DNA of 62,907 bases, filler included, from Intoshia linei (lineage: Eukaryota; Animalia; Orthonectida): the NCBI GenBank assembly GCA_001642005.1. It is 5 parts of 5 records of this genome, joined end to end, with 100 filler letters (N's around TTAATTAATTAA, not from the genome) between each part and the next. Parts side by side here need not be neighbours in the genome. Positions count along the whole stretch, not along the records: positions 1 to 28,031 come from LWCA01000426.1; 4 more parts are not named here. The stretch is one strand, 5' to 3'. The position numbers and the translations under genes are program-made. The notes under the pieces were generated by a model. That model searched no databases. It saw only the letters and a list, made by a program, of their open reading frames with translations, and was not told the DNA's origin. This document shows positions 1 through 14,910 of the stretch, in pieces (the first letter of the stretch is position 1; each line of letters opens with the position of its first letter).

Positions 1-2
1 AA

Positions 3-801
3 TTTATAAAATTATATATTCGTGATCCAACATCAACAAATTTATACCCATATATACCATCAAAAATTGGATTTGATGAAATTGTAAAAAAATTTTTACC
101 ATTGACATTAACAAAACGTAAAAATATCAAAAATAAACAATCTGGACAAAGAAATAAATTATTAAAGAATAATCGTAAAAAAATTATGCTTTCTAAACAA
201 ACTCTGATAGATTTATCAAAAGTTGAGTTTATTTTTTTTAATTGTTTTAAATGTAATATTTTTAGTTACGGAAATTATTTAAAATTACATACAACATGGC
301 AAAAGTATGCTAAAAATCTGGTTGAGTAATTTTTTCTTTAAGTATAATGTGTAATAATTATTTAAAGTTTAAGTATCACTAAAATTACTTGAAATTGAGG
401 GCTGTGTAAGGTTATACAAATTATGATAATGCGTAAAAATTTATGTTTTTTTATAGGAAATTTTCAAATAGACTCGAATTTCTAAAAATTGATTATCATG
501 GTGCTAAAATAAAAATTATTGAGGCCACAAATAAAAATTTGATTGGTATTGAAGGAATTGTTCTACAGGAAACAAAATACATGTTTGTTTTAGTCAACGA
601 AAAATCTGAAATTAAAAGTACGTTAATTTTATTGATATTTAATTTTTTATAATTGTACTATTTTCAGAACTTAACAAAAAAGGAATCCTTATGCATTTCA
701 CTGTTGACCGAGATGTTAAAATTGCTGTTCCAGGTGATTATATTCTATTTTCTCCTGTTGAACGTTCTAAAAAACCACTTAAAAAATGGAATAATAAATA
801 A
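3..801 (+). CDS. POP4: Ribonuclease P/MRP subunit p29 (POP4/Rpp29), 5'-partial, spliced
   Basis: Exons join to give ..YGNYLKLHTTWQKYAKNL..EFLKIDYHGAKIKIIEATNKNLIGIEGIVLQETKYMFVLV..FSPVERSKKPLKKW, matching the Rpp29 pattern LH.LW..Y / D.HGA / G..GIV..ET. Stop TAA 799-801. Confidence 0.85.
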
Positions 802-924
802 ATTTATTTATTATCAAATATATGAACTTATGTGACACATAGTATTACGTCATTCACAAAGTAATGTCGTTTTTATATCTACGTTTGTATAATTAAAACT
901 TTTAAATTCATAATTTTGATTAAA

Positions 925-1590
925 CTTTATTCTACAAAATATTCTCCGTTACATTCAGCAATTCTGCTGCAACGTTCCTGTAGCTTCTTAATTCTATTAC
1001 GAAAAAAACTGGCTTTTGTCAAAATGTAATCAATGTCAGATTTTAAGATTTTAGTAATATATAACGGGTTCTCAATCGTTATAAACCAACGCCCTCATTA
1101 CACCATAATTCATAAATTTATAAATCAACTCCCCTATAATAAAATGAACTATACTTTTTATAAAATCAATAAATAATTTTTATTTATTTCCATATGATTC
1201 TTGCGCCTGATGATTGAGGACCAACTAAATTTATTCTTAGTTTNATGTAATCAATGTCAGATTTTAAGATTTTAGTAATATATAACGGGTTCTCAATCTT
1301 TATGAACCAACGCCTTCATTACACCATAATTCATAAAGTTCTATATCAACTCCCCTATAATAAAATGAACTATACTTTTTATAAAATCAATTAATAATGG
1401 AAAAAAAGGTAAATAATTTTTATTTCTTTCCATATGATTCTTGCGCCTGATGATTGAGGACCAACTAAATTTATTCTTAGTTTTATGTGGTTAATTTGAT
1501 ACCAATATCTTTTCTTTGGCATACATTAATTTTTTTCTATCTTTACTGAATATTTTGTTACAGAACTGAATCCACTTTCAACCCTGTAAA
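925..1590 (-). mobile_element. Degraded mariner transposase remnant
   Basis: Minus strand ends ..FFRNRIKKLQERCSRIAECNGEYFVE*, the typical mariner C-terminus (FF..GI.KL.ERW..V....GEYF). The upstream part is broken by stops, so the upper boundary is uncertain. Confidence 0.6.
1024..1484. repeat. Imperfect tandem duplication of about 220-240 bp separated by a single N (1244)
   Basis: atgtaatcaatgtcagattttaag...ggaccaactaaatttattcttagttt occurs at about 1024-1243 and 1245-1484 with several substitutions and a small indel. Confidence 0.85.
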
Positions 1591-2170
1591 ATGTTGGAAA
1601 ATACAATAACATTCTTAATATTTTAGACTTCATTAGTAGATAAAGACATTTTCAAGGCCGATACCCGGATAATGCAAAATACATGAGGGCAAAATTTTTT
1701 TTTTCAACAATATCAAAATTAACACATTTAACATTTTTAATAATATTGATTGCTGCGTTTCTAAATTCTGATGTATGTAAATAGTATATTCAATTTTAAA
1801 GTGTGATGAGTAAATTGTATTGTTTATCGATGGTAACAATATAATTTTTTTGTTTAGGGGACGTTAGCCTAAAAAAAGCGGGGTGTCCCTGATTCAAATT
1901 AATTAATTTTAATGTTAAATGGGTTTCGCTATCGGCAGACCTATTCCTTGTACAAAGTACACAGCATAAAAGCTAGTTTTGAATAAATGTACATTGTACA
2001 ATATTCAATTTTTTGCATTTGAATTTGTATATAATACACAAACATGTAGTGAATATTGTTTTTGTTGTTTTAATTTGAGTCATCTAATTGTTATACATAT
2101 CAATAATAAAATATTGAAAAAACCAAGTTACTATAAACAATATATACATTTTGAATGTAAATTTGAACCC

Positions 2171-5100
2171 ATGTCAGATACGAATGGAGATTTAATTAAC
2201 AATGTTAAAACTGAACCCGATGAAACTTCAGTACATTCAAAATCTGAAAAAATAACTCAAGAATTGGAACTAAATTCTCCGACAGAAAAATTAGAAAGTG
2301 AAACAATAAAAACCACCGATATTTCAATATTTTTATATAACACTATATGTAATACTGTGTTTTCAAGTTTAATTAATGTTAAAAACAAAAATGACGAAAC
2401 TGAAAACCCTATAAACGATGAAGATCAAAAATATAATTTAGCTCGATCAGATGAATTGATATATTCCCCCGTAAGACAAGACAATAAAAGAAGAGTACGT
2501 TCTTGCATTGGTTTTATAGATGTAAAAAGCTTGAAATCAAACGAAAATGATGGAAATGTCACAGGTATAAGATTTTTTTTTAAAATTGTGAACTTAAAAA
2601 TTTTTAGTAAAGTTTAAAATAATCAACAAAGAAGACATTTTCACGGAATGTTATAGAATATTTACAACTATTGGCGAAATTAAATTGGGAATTTCACTTA
2701 AAGTCAAAATCCCAGAAACAAACTTGCTGCTTTTTTTACATGACGATGTTGAATCAGAAATACTTGCAAATACAATGACATTACATGGCATTGGCGCGAA
2801 AATTAATGGTTTCATTGATATTTATTTGGCATTAAATAATCCAAGTATGAACTTAAATAAACCCAAAACACGATTTTCTAATTTGATGGGTGACATTACA
2901 ACTATTTCTTACATTGATGGTGATATTTAATTTTTTTTTAAATTTATTTTAATTTTTGTAGACTATGGGCTAGATAGAAATATAGTATTGACCATTGATA
3001 CAAATAACTACACTAAACCATTTTTGGGTGGTTACGTCGATATGAGAAGGAATATTGAATATTATCACGCAGTAACTCAAACAAACCCTAAAAAAATTGT
3101 CTCGAAAAGAGACACGTGTAGCACAAGGGATACACAGACTGCTGAATTAAAAACTATTTGTCTTCAAACGGCCATTGAAAGTGGAACTCAAATGACTGGT
3201 ATTAATGTGTATGTTAGCACTGAAAATGATCAAATTGGATATCCAACGAAATATATTACTGCCGATGAAGTCGAAACAATGCGATTAAATAGTGTATAAT
3301 ATGTTAGATTTTTACAGGGTCGCTATAATATTTTTAACTGCTGATTGTATCTTCATCAGAATTATTAACCCTTTGACACAATAATCCACCAATGCGTATA
3401 GTCTTAAATTTGAAAATATTTAATAGTACACCTATGCGTGGCGTTTCAAATAGACAATATTTAAAAATATTTAAATGGTTGATAATATATTAAAAGTCAT
3501 TTTTCACCGGGAATGCATAGATTTTTGGGGGTAAAATTTTTCATCTATATGAACTGGAATAAACTTTATGAGAATAATTTTTTTTAAATTCTAGGACAAT
3601 TAATAATTATTGAAAATCTTTTGTATTAAAAAAGGTAATATGGTGTTTTGATTGTGAAAATGCACTTTTTTAGGATTGAGATTTATGATAATGCTTATTA
3701 TTTTAAAAACTATCAATGAATTTATGCTTAATAAATTCTAAAGCATTTTTCATATTTAAAAAAAATAGTAATTTTTGGTTTTGACTATTAAGATGTAAGT
3801 TTCTGAGGCTGAGATTTACGAATATGTTAATGACTTTAAAACGCATTCCAGAATATATGTTGTTTTATAATTTTAGGGCTGATTTTATTTTAAAAATAAG
3901 GAGAAATTGGGTTTTTTAAATTCTAGGAATGTTAATTTTTAAATAAAAGTAACATACAGACTGACATACATTCAAATTTTATATAAGTAAAGGATTGAAA
4001 GAATTAAATATAAAACTGTTTATAGTGTCATTAATACCCTTTAGATTTTATTAATCCAACGATATCACAGACGTGCTATTGCTATCGAAAAAATTGAAAT
4101 GCTTAAAAAAATGGCTAACCAAAGAATTGAATGGGAAAAGAAACAAATTCGACTTAAAAAATCAAATAAGGAAGAAATCGTTCGCAATGAATTCAAACGT
4201 CGTATGAACCCTAAAACTCGAGCAGATTTCAACCTTTTATACAACGCCCTAGAAAGTAAAATTTCTAAAATTTGAAATATTTAAATTTAGAATGGTGGAA
4301 TGGGGAATACGAAAAAATAAACAAAAATTTTACTGGTGCAGAAAGAAAAGCAGCATTATGTGAACTACTAGAACAGGAAGCTATTCTTATATCAAGCATT
4401 GGTAAACATCGAAATGATATTAGTACTGTTAATATAGACAAAAAAATTAACAATTTGCTACACAGGGTAATGTGCCTTATTTTTTAATTTAATTGTACAA
4501 TAACTACAGTATAGTAACTTGTATAATATACTTGTAGATGTCTCGACCAAAACAATGGAAAAGTTACAAGGACGGCGTATGTAGCGTAGATACACGTAAT
4601 ATTTTATTTTAAATGTTATGCTTTGTTACCAGTCGCGATTCTGATTCCAAAACTTTACTAGTGTTCTATATTGTGTTACAATATTAACTATTTTTACAAA
4701 ACTATTAAGTTATTTTATGCTATTTAAAAATCTTAAATATTAATGGGTATCTTCAATCGTATGCCAACAGCACTCAAACTACAATAAATTTTTATATATA
4801 AATACATATTCTATATATCACTTTGTGAGATTGATTTTTTTATGTTTGTTAACCTGATATAAATGCGTGAACTATAATTTTTTTTTTTTTAAAATATAGG
4901 ACTTTTCATTTTTTAAAAAAAGGATAATCTGGGGATTTGATAGTGAAAAGGCACTTTTGGAGTTTGCGATTTATGATGATGTTTATGATTTTGAAAATTA
5001 TCACAGAATTTTTGTTTTATAAAAGGGTAGGATTTTTTTTATTTATAACAAAAAGGGTAACTTGGCTTTTTGACAATGAGGATGTACGTTTTTGATGCTT

Positions 5101-7242
5101 ACATTTACGAAAATGTTAATGAATTTAAAACGCGTGCGAGAATTTAGGTTTTTAAAAATTATAGGGTTGTTTTATTTAAAAAAAAAGGAAAATTGGGTTT
5201 CTAAGCCAGAAGGAAACAATTTCGGAAAATGAAACTTAGCGGTTTTCAATAGTTAACGTAACTTTTGTTCTATTTTATGTCAGTCTTTTAGTCGTTTACT
5301 TTATTATATATTATATACTATATATAGTACTTATTAGGGTGTCCACTTTTTTTTATTAGAAAAACCATTTTGTATGTAGATGTCTGTTTTGATTATAAGC
5401 ATTTATCACAAAAAAATGAAATCGGTTAATATTTACCCCCTCAAATTAAATTCATATAAAAATGTTAGTATAAATTTAAAATATAACTTCATTTTATGTC
5501 TAATCAGTTTTTATTTTGTTTCTACAGATAATTATGTTGGTAATTTTTTTGATGTGTTTATATTGTTTTTTAAACCATTTTTATAAATTCATTTGTATCT
5601 CATTTATTTTGGTTTTTAAAGGTGTTGAATTTCTCATAATTAAATTCAAAAACTATACATAAAATTTATTATAAACTAAAAAATATAAAAAAAAAGGTTT
5701 TTATAGTTATAAAAAATATCAAAAGTGGCCTATCAAAAGCATTATTATTATGAAAATTATTATTAATTGCAATAATAGCGCTATCAATTGCAATAGCAAC
5801 GTTATTCATGCAAAAGTTACGATATAAAATCTCTAAAAATCAGCCGCGACTATTTATCTTTTTTAATAATCTAAGATTGACTTATTTTGTTATATAAATC
5901 TTAATATAAAATAATAAAATTTGTAAATTTTCGCAAAAATTTTACTCATGCTCGGCACATATAGTTGGAAGTGAAGAGTAGTCACTGTTTATTAGTTATA
6001 TTTACTTACTTAGCTTACACTGTTAGAGCCAGAGAATTGAAAAATATATACAATACATTAAAATTGAGATATTTGACCCAAGATGAAAGATTGGATATTC
6101 TTTTGTCGTTAAAACATACAGTAAAAGTAAATAATTGTATATAATAGTGTTATTACATACAGAGCCGAACCTAGCAATCTCGAAACCACCCTTAAAAAAT
6201 TTATCAAGCGATCAGTAATGTCATATAACCCTATCACCCCTTCAAGGCTTTCAACGTTAAATTTTAAATTTAGCACATAAAATAGACTGGTATTCAAGAA
6301 TATAATTTTTTAATGCTCTATTTTCAAAAATTTCGTCGAGGCCCCTGAAGAGGGGTATCAGAATACGATTGGTTCGGCACTGCATAGTATGCAGTGCATA
6401 CATATTTAATTTATAGGAACACAGTTGTACATTAACCAGAGACATTATCGATTTGATCGACAGAGAAGCAGATTTAATTATTAGAAAAGTTAAAGAAGAA
6501 AATTTAGAGGGATTGAGACAACGCATATCCACACTTTTCTTGGAATACATAAAAAACCCCATTTTCAACCCTGAAGCTGTTCGACACCTTAAAGCTCCAA
6601 AAGATTACACTGTATTAAACAGAGATATTTATTTTTGTCGAGGATGTCAAAATTATATGAGATCAACCAATTTCTCTCATGGTAATTTAAAAATTTTGTA
6701 TATTTATTATTTACTTAGATCATATAAATGGAAGATGTAAAAAATGTCAACTGATTCTTAATCGAGCTATATTGGTAAATTATTTAATGTATTAATGTAA
6801 AAATTTTAGCGAAATGACTTTTCTAAATATAAATTAATATTAATAAGATTACGAAAATCAGAGGAACGACATGATAACCCTAGCAAAATACCGCTGATAT
6901 TAAAAGTAAATTAAAAACTACAAAAGTATTGCATGGTAAAGTGATAATGTGAAAATTTAGGAAACAGACATGAAATATATTATTGAAGAAATTTGGAGAG
7001 GTCAAAGTATTTTGAGTGGATGGTGTGATATCGATGATTTAACATTGTGTAGATGGAATATGGAAGAATCATGGAGTCCATGGAATATGGTTTTAGTTAC
7101 AAACGAAGAATCTATTGCACACGATTCGATTAAAGATTTAAGTAAAGTTTATGATCAAGCAATAATTTCTAGAGTTCAACAAAAACATACTCTAGCTAAA
7201 TCTTATTACCACAATTTACCTGCTCTTTTAATGAACATTTGA
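2171..7242 (+). CDS. IQUB: IQ and ubiquitin-like domain-containing protein (ciliary radial spoke), multi-exon
   Basis: Motifs [34 protein letters not shown] (IQ), [72 protein letters not shown], joined across GT-AG introns. Confidence 0.92.
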
Positions 7243-7337
7243 AATAATTAAACAAATTGTTTGACTTTATTTTGTATCTTGCCAAGAAATCAAATTATTC
7301 ATTTAAAATTGGTAAAAGTAATATAACGCATATATAA

Positions 7338-7740
7338 CTAGCTTGACTGTTATCGACTTCGTACAAACAACATAATAGCTCTGCCGAGGGCGGATTTTTT
7401 TAATTATACTAATAAAATATCAATAATAAAATATCAATAATAAAATGTTACTTAAAAATGCTACATTCACTATTATCAATCCTTTAAAGGAGTGGTTCCT
7501 AAACTTGTTTCACCATGGATCCGTTATTTCACATTATCTTTTAATTTAAAGTGATTATTTCCATAAATTTTATAATGTTAACATTAGTTTAAATAATTTT
7601 AAAAACAATTTTGTGATTTTATTTTTTCAATATATTAAAAAGAATAAGTGTATTATCTTAAAAATAAAGTAAAAACGGTACAATCTTAAAAACTGTCATA
7701 AATAGCTTAAATTCCAAAAAAAAATTAAATTTAGTATACT
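7338..7740 (-). mobile_element. Non-autonomous Helitron-like element, 3' portion
   Basis: Shared terminus (minus strand) ..ATAACAGTCAAGCTAG followed by T. Internal sequence is shared with the copies at 43197 and 61275. Confidence 0.6.
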
Positions 7741-8229
7741 GATAATTTCTTTTTTAATTTTATGGTATATATTAAGTGTCTGTTTTCGATGAGAATAAAA
7801 TATTATAGAGGGCTGCAGCCTTCTATGACGAGCCGCCACTGCTAGAGTGCTTATATGACAGTGAAGGCGGAAGTTATGTGTGGAATGCGTGACACTTTGT
7901 CAGATTGAAATTTTTTGTGTGTTAACTGGATATAACGTTAATAAAATAATATTTAATAACATATTTTTAAAACTCAGTAAAAAGTACTTTAAAATTTACA
8001 TTACAACACAAAAAATTACATAATAATCCTTATACAATTGATAATTATTTATTATATTATATATATTAATAAATTATTGATGTACAAATATTAGTGTATA
8101 TTATATATGTATTTAACAATAAGTGGTGACTATAACTGTAAGTAAATAACCATTTATATGTGTATGCCAAAAATGCTTCATCACTATAATATAATTTAAA
8201 ACTTATAAAAAAATTAAAATTACTACTTA

Positions 8230-8620
8230 GTCAAACATAAAACGTTTGTTGAATTTTACAATTGTTTCTGTTCAATCAGTTCGGGTCCTATCCTAGTTCT
8301 ACGGCCGTATGCTGATAACCCAGATGCTGAAAATAACCTTTCTACAGGTGTCTAGTTGCTGGTATAGCGAGCATTTGCACAGCTAACCCACTAAGCTTTT
8401 TGAATTTATCAAAATGTTTAATCCAAAAAGCTTGACTGTCCACGCCACGATAAAAGCTGACTGTTTCTAAAATTTCAATGTAATCATCTAATTGACTTTT
8501 TAGATTGTTTTGCTTTACACAAACTTTTTTGATGACTCGTCTTTGTAAAGAGCTTAATTTTTCCATATTTTTTTCGTTTTCATTTTCTAATACAACTCTT
8601 GTACAATTTAATACAATCAA
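8230..8620 (-). mobile_element. hAT transposase C-terminal dimerisation domain remnant
   Basis: QLDDY..FWIKHFDKFKKLSGLAVQMLAIPATRHL*, followed by an RLFSASG-like segment; canonical hAT W..FP.L..LA...LAIPATS..SER.FS. Confidence 0.8.
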
Positions 8621-9279
8621 AAGTTAAAATGGTCCATATATGAATACACAATAGTATTTATATTAGTGTTCAGTGAGCACTGCTCGCCACTGTAAATGAA
8701 TAACATGACCTTCATTGTGCAAATATGACTATATAAATAGAGAACAACTATAATGACGAAGAAAAAACTCATCAATTGTACCCCGTACTCGACGATGATA
8801 AATTGATTTGACGTCATGTTCCAATACACATTGTGTATTACACAACGATCTTGATTCATATCATAATGGTTTCCAAAGGTGATGTTCGAAAAATTTTTAT
8901 GATGCGACCCGCCATGTATTTGACATAACTGTTTTAGGGCTAAGCATAATTATCTTTAAATTTTGAGGATCCACGACGATTATTAATTTGGGAAACACTG
9001 AGTTACAAAATGATTTGATTGTTGCGATATTATTTTATATCAATAACGTATAAAGTACTATAAGGCTGTAGTGCATGTTTGGTAATATATTTAATTATAT
9101 ATTGATGTTAATAGATTTTTCTACATTTCCATTGCAATATTCTATTTTCGTCGAAGTTATTCATAATTCAATTTTTAATTTACCTTCATAATGAATATAA
9201 AACTTTTGCTATTTGTAGGAATAATTTATTAAATAAATGGTAATATACAGAAATTTATACAATGGACTGATGATTTTGG

Positions 9280-9400
9280 AGGTTGCATTCGCATTCGCAC
9301 GAATTGGTATAATTTTTTACCGTAATGTGTTGCAAATGCAGTTTTGTGTCTGTCTAAATTAATTTTGACAGCGGATGTTCATTTTTCTCACGATTTTATC
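9280..9400 (-). mobile_element. Small Ty3/Gypsy reverse transcriptase fragment
   Basis: Minus strand reads DRHKTAFATHYGKKLYQFVRM, resembling the D..KTAF.T..G.Y.F.RMPFG RT motif. Short and degraded. Confidence 0.45.
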
Positions 9401-12400
9401 GTTGTCATTTGTCGTGGTGTTCACACGATAGACTTTCAATTCGTTCATTTAAATCTTATCGTAATAAAATATTTGTAATAACCTTGGCCAAGATAGTTAT
9501 GGATTAAGATTTAATTGTAAATTAAATATTTTAATAAGATTTTGTTGACTTAAATGATAATAAGGGAGAATGATGATAACTATATTTAATATGAATAGAT
9601 ATAAGATAAACTTGTTTAGTATCATGATACTACAGACTCTCCTTTAAATTAAGTAATTATAATTATTGAAATTCATACAAAAATGTTAAGATAAATTTAA
9701 AATATAACTTTATTTTACGTATAATTCAGTTTTTATTTTGATTTCTATCGTTATTTTGTTGGTAGTTCCTTTGATGGGTTTAGCTAGTGCGACCAGAAGT
9801 ACGACCAGAAGTACGACTTTGGCACTATTTTAAAGTCGTACTTCGACGTACTTTTCAAAACTAAATAAACTTATAAATTGAAATATGTAATACTTACCTT
9901 TTATTCACTAGCAGTTAAGTTATATTTATATATTGATTACAGTAGATTGAAAACATTTAACTAGGTGAAAAAAACTGAATAAAATTTGACTAGGTGTGTA
10001 ATTAGCGAAACAGTGATGAAGTTTAATGTAAACTACCACATTTTTCGCGTCAAACAAAACTTCGCAAGAGTCAAAATCAAGAGTGTTATGTTAAGAAAAT
10101 ATTTAAACTTGCAATAATAATCAAAATTTATTTGTGCTGTGTATACTTTGTAATACATGCTGTGTAAATAATTCGTGTGATTTATATAGATAACAAAATC
10201 ATAAATTAAAACACCGTGTAATATACGGTACTCTAATACGCGACTTATACAGTTAATTTTATTATTATTTCAGCAAACAGAAACTTTAAAGGCACAGTTC
10301 GTGTGTTGACAAAATTTGTCTTTGTTTCAAAACCTAACTTTTTTTATTTTTTTTATTTCTTATACACCAATTGTACATTTGATTTTTATTATAATAATAA
10401 CTTAATAACTTTCGTATACCAAGATGTTACGCTTACAAAAATGTTACATATCACGTTGCTATTGTGGCAACAATAAAACTAAAAGATTTATTTATTAGAT
10501 CACATTTACATAACATTTGTTATTATTACTCAATGGTGTGCAAATTTTTTTTGCAATATAAAATTAATTTTAATAAATCTATGCATTATTGCACATGCCA
10601 TATTTTATTCAATAGCAATGTAAAATATTTTTACTAAAAAATTACATTTTTGATTTTACCCCTTGCTCAAAATGGATTTAATGTTTCAATGTTTTATGTT
10701 GCGCGGCCGTAGTAGAAATGATTAAATTGGAGGAAAAGTTGTGCACCCTTCTCTAAGGTATTGTACGCTGTAAACATATAACATGTATTTTAAAGTTATA
10801 CAACGTATATCACATGTTTATTATTTTATTATGCTAATTTATATCTAATATACACAATGTGCATTACACATGTATACTGTAATTTAGATTCTAAATTTTA
10901 GATTACAGTGCACTTTATGTATTAATTAAAATTTCATTATTTTTAAGGGTTTACGAAAAAAAATAATATATATTAATAATAATAGATACTTTAAGAGCAC
11001 AATGAGAATAAATAATTTGGCTAAAAATCTATGTCTGTTCGTGTTTGGTATAATTTATTTAAGAAAATAAGAAACCTAAAGTTTCTAAAATAACAATTTC
11101 TAGTATAGTTTTTTGAAGCCGAGATTTGATCGCAAATTTAAATTTCCGAATGTGAGTTCTTCACGACCAAAAACCTCCATTATCCTATTTTTTAAAACGA
11201 AACAAGTGCTAGAATTTTAAAAAATGAATGTAAGTGTGAAGAATTCACTCGAAATCTAATTCAATGTCAAATGACCAGTCAAGCTTAAACAATTTTCGGA
11301 GGCACTCATTTAAAGGATTTATAATAGTGAAAAGTAGTATTTTATGTAGTTATTAATTACATTGTTATCTTATTTTTTTGGTACAATGAAAAAAGTCGCA
11401 TTATTTAGAGCTACAGTGTGTAGTACATAACAGTCAAGCTAGTTTATTGTAAATTAAAAGGAATCCTTATTTATTCAGTGATCGTAGTATACGAGAATAA
11501 TGCGTATTTCATTATAATATCAACGTATAAAAACATTTAAAAAGTAAATATAGTTAATATTAGTGTTATTAACACTTTTAAGTACGTCAGCATATAATAA
11601 TTCGTTATATAATGAATTTTCAATCTAAGGTCGATTATATAAATGGTTGAAAAGAGAGGGTTATGCATACCAGTGATTTACAGAGACCAAGGAGCCAAAG
11701 ATTTCATTATTTTTTTAATTTCGACGTGTTGCTTTGTTAAGTTTAAGAGTAGTGAATACTCCGATATTTCATAATAATTTTTGTTGAAGTTTAACAAAAA
11801 TAATAAATGTTCAAATGGAATGTTGACACTTGAATATTTGAAAATAACAATAAAATTTACAAGACAAAATAGCATGTCATCAATTCACATTATTTCATAC
11901 GTATTAACACCTTAAAACTCGATAACTGCATATGCAGTTTGGAATGTAAACTTCAAATTGACGCTTATTACTTAAACAAACTTTTCACAATCATATGCAT
12001 TTTCTTATACATTTTTTCAGGTCACTGTGGAAATTGTGACATCATAAAAAATAAATTTAAAAAAAAAATGTCTGAATGCCAAAGTGTTAAAAATAATAGA
12101 AATGGGCGTGTTTATGGAGTAATAAATAAATTATTGAAATAACATATATGATACTTTTTCTATATTTTGTCATTTTGAAAGTATCATATATGATATTTTG
12201 GTTCAAAGGGTTAAGTAAGGATTCGTTTCTTAAAACTTTTTTTATCTAACATAAGTGTAGTTATTTTAAGCTTTAATTACATATGTGCTTAATATCGCTT
12301 AATATAATAATGCTTAAAATCTATACCATTATTATTAAAAAGTAGGTAAGTTATGTAAATTAATGAAATTTAATTACAATTTTGTGTTTATATTCAGATT

Positions 12401-14099
12401 TATAGTGAGATAACAGATATTATAATAGGTAAGTCAATAAATATAAGTTTTTATTGTACTAACATTCCCATCAAAGGTAACAACGTAAACCTTATATTTT
12501 TTAGAAAATTTTTTTTAATTCGAGATTTATATCTTGGACGTGATACAAAATATGTCATGACTTGTAGAATATAATTTGAAATTTTCAGCTGGAATTTGTT
12601 TTGCTTTTCCACAATTAAAATATTTTACATAATTTCATTTCAATTATACAAATATTCTTTGGCTTTTTCTAATTTTATATTACGAAAATCTTTAATATCG
12701 CATTTTGGCGTATAAATTCCATATATCAGTGATGGAAAGACTTTTCAATTAGTATGTTAAAAAAATTCAGTTACAAGTCAATAATAATCAATCAATACAG
12801 TTACATCCAATTAACTCACAAAGAATTTCAATCTGACAAAGTAATCCCTTTACGATCAAAAAAGCACTTTAGTATGATGTACATTGTACAATGTTGGTAA
12901 AATTCACCACAAATATCTTTTTAAAGTTCTGATTTTGCTAATTATTGAAACAAAATTGATATTTTTTACTCATCGAAAGCAAATACTAAATATATCATCA
13001 CATTCAAAAAGAAACTACAGGTATTTACAATTTTATTTTTTTTGGAATTTAAATTATATATGAAAATTTTTGGATTTTACCGAGTTTATTTTATTTTAAA
13101 ATTTTACACTCATTCTCTCTAATAAATTGAAAAAATCAGAATTTGTTTTTAAAATTCTTTACATAAATGTAAAAAAAATCAAATTAAATAAGAATAATTT
13201 AAATTTAAATTAAAAGTTAATATGAAATGAAGGGTTCATGATGAAACAAGTATAGAAACCATTCCATTAAAGGATTGATAATAATGAATGTAGTATTTTT
13301 AAATAATATTTTATTATTGAATTTATTTTTTACTAAATGTCTGGCCTCGATATAGCTAGGATGCTGTTTATACGAAGTACACAACATTCAAGTATACTTA
13401 GTTATATGTATATATGTAGTTATATATACAATTCTAGAATAAACAAAAAATTTTCAAGTTTAATTCAAAGTTTGAATTAATTAATTTTTGAATTTCAAAC
13501 TAAGCAAAGACTGACAATGTATCAATCACATTATTATAATTACACTTTCAAGTCTCCAGTATTCTGTTATTCTCTCAAAAATCCATATTTGACATGATTT
13601 CATAAGTGACTAAAACTACCTTGAAATAAAAATTGTATTAAAATATAGTTAATTATTTAACTGCTTCAATGTCAAGCTTTGTATAACATTTTTGTCCAAA
13701 GTTCGTCGATTTAATTATCAGAACATTGAAATTAACTATTTATAGCTGTCGTATTTAATTATAAAGTTTTATTTTTAATGGGTATAAATTGACAAATTTT
13801 AATTTTAACAATTTGCATAATTAATTGCATTGATAGAATTAATCTTGCAGAATCCATAATACACGTGTAGATGGTAAAATATTTGTATACTCTAACTCTT
13901 CAATATATATATATATAATTTATAACATATATTTTAACATAATTTATATAAGTATTACTAACAAAATATACTCATTATTTACAGTGACGTAGCGTCAAAG
14001 TGTGTAAGGTGTGCGTCGCACACCATGATGATCTTCAAATGTCAAATGAGATCAACGTCAAATGATCGTAAATAAAAAGATCGTAAAAATATACTAATA

Positions 14100-14311
14100 C
14101 AGTGAAACCTCTTTATAAACAAACCCTCATATAAACAAATTATCATGCTTTTAAAAATATCAATCCCATATAATTTGTTTATTACATTTTCAAATGTCAA
14201 CAGTTTACGTTGTATTAAATTTTTATGACACTTATCACTCTTTTTTGATACTCCAAAAAAAGATTAGTCGTTAAATTTTCAAAATCGTTTGTTTATAAAA
14301 AGGTTTCACTG
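14100..14311. mobile_element. pogo/Tc1-mariner-type MITE
   Basis: TIRs CAGTGAAACCTCTTTATAAACAAAC / GTTTGTTTATAAAAAGGTTTCACTG flanked by TA on both sides. Confidence 0.85.
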
Positions 14312-14649
14312 TATTAGAATTTATAATTGAATTGAATAAAAAAATATTCTCTGGTGTAAACACCATAGAATATTTCTAATTTTTTTTTAAAGTGTTTGTA
14401 GGTATAATATGGTATCTTAATATTTCAGTTTTAACTTGGGTCTGTAGATCTACGATCAAATATTATCATATATTATAATTAATATTAACTATGATTATAA
14501 AATACAATCTTTTGATTTACGATCAAAAAACTACGATCATGTGATTTTACAATCATTTGAACAGACACGAGTAAATATATATCTTCCTTACATAAAGTTA
14601 AATGGTTAAAAATGTACGTCTGTTTAATAAATATAAACAGTGTTTATTT

Positions 14650-14910
14650 ATTTTCTTTGTTTGTTCCAGTTTATTAATTACACTTTGATTTTTAAATTCT
14701 TCAATAGAATTCATAATTTTGCATGTAGATTTATTTTTTGCTTGGATTTGTAAGTTCAGTATTCTTAGCTTTTCAATTAATTCCGCTGAAAATCCCAAAT
14801 CACACAAACATTTCTCATCAGTTAATAGCGATAAGCCTTATTCCTATTCTTCTAAAAACTTTTATTTCATCAATTAAGCCTAGAAATCTTTAAATAAATT
14901 TATTCCTAAC
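14650..14910 (-). mobile_element. hAT (Buster/SPIN, GTF2IRD2-like) transposase remnant
   Basis: LTDEKCLCDLGFSAELIEKLRILNLQIQAKNK resembles L.D..WL.DLAFL.DI...LN.LNL.LQG.N. Stops lie upstream. Confidence 0.7.

Noticed and set aside
1024-1484. Tandem duplication as a biological array
   Set aside because: The copies meet at a single N. Most likely uncollapsed alleles or a contig overlap.
1500-1590. In-frame TGA on the minus strand (GGT TGA AAG TGG) as possible selenocysteine
   Set aside because: It lies within a decayed mariner-like region; no selenoprotein motif or SECIS was recognised.
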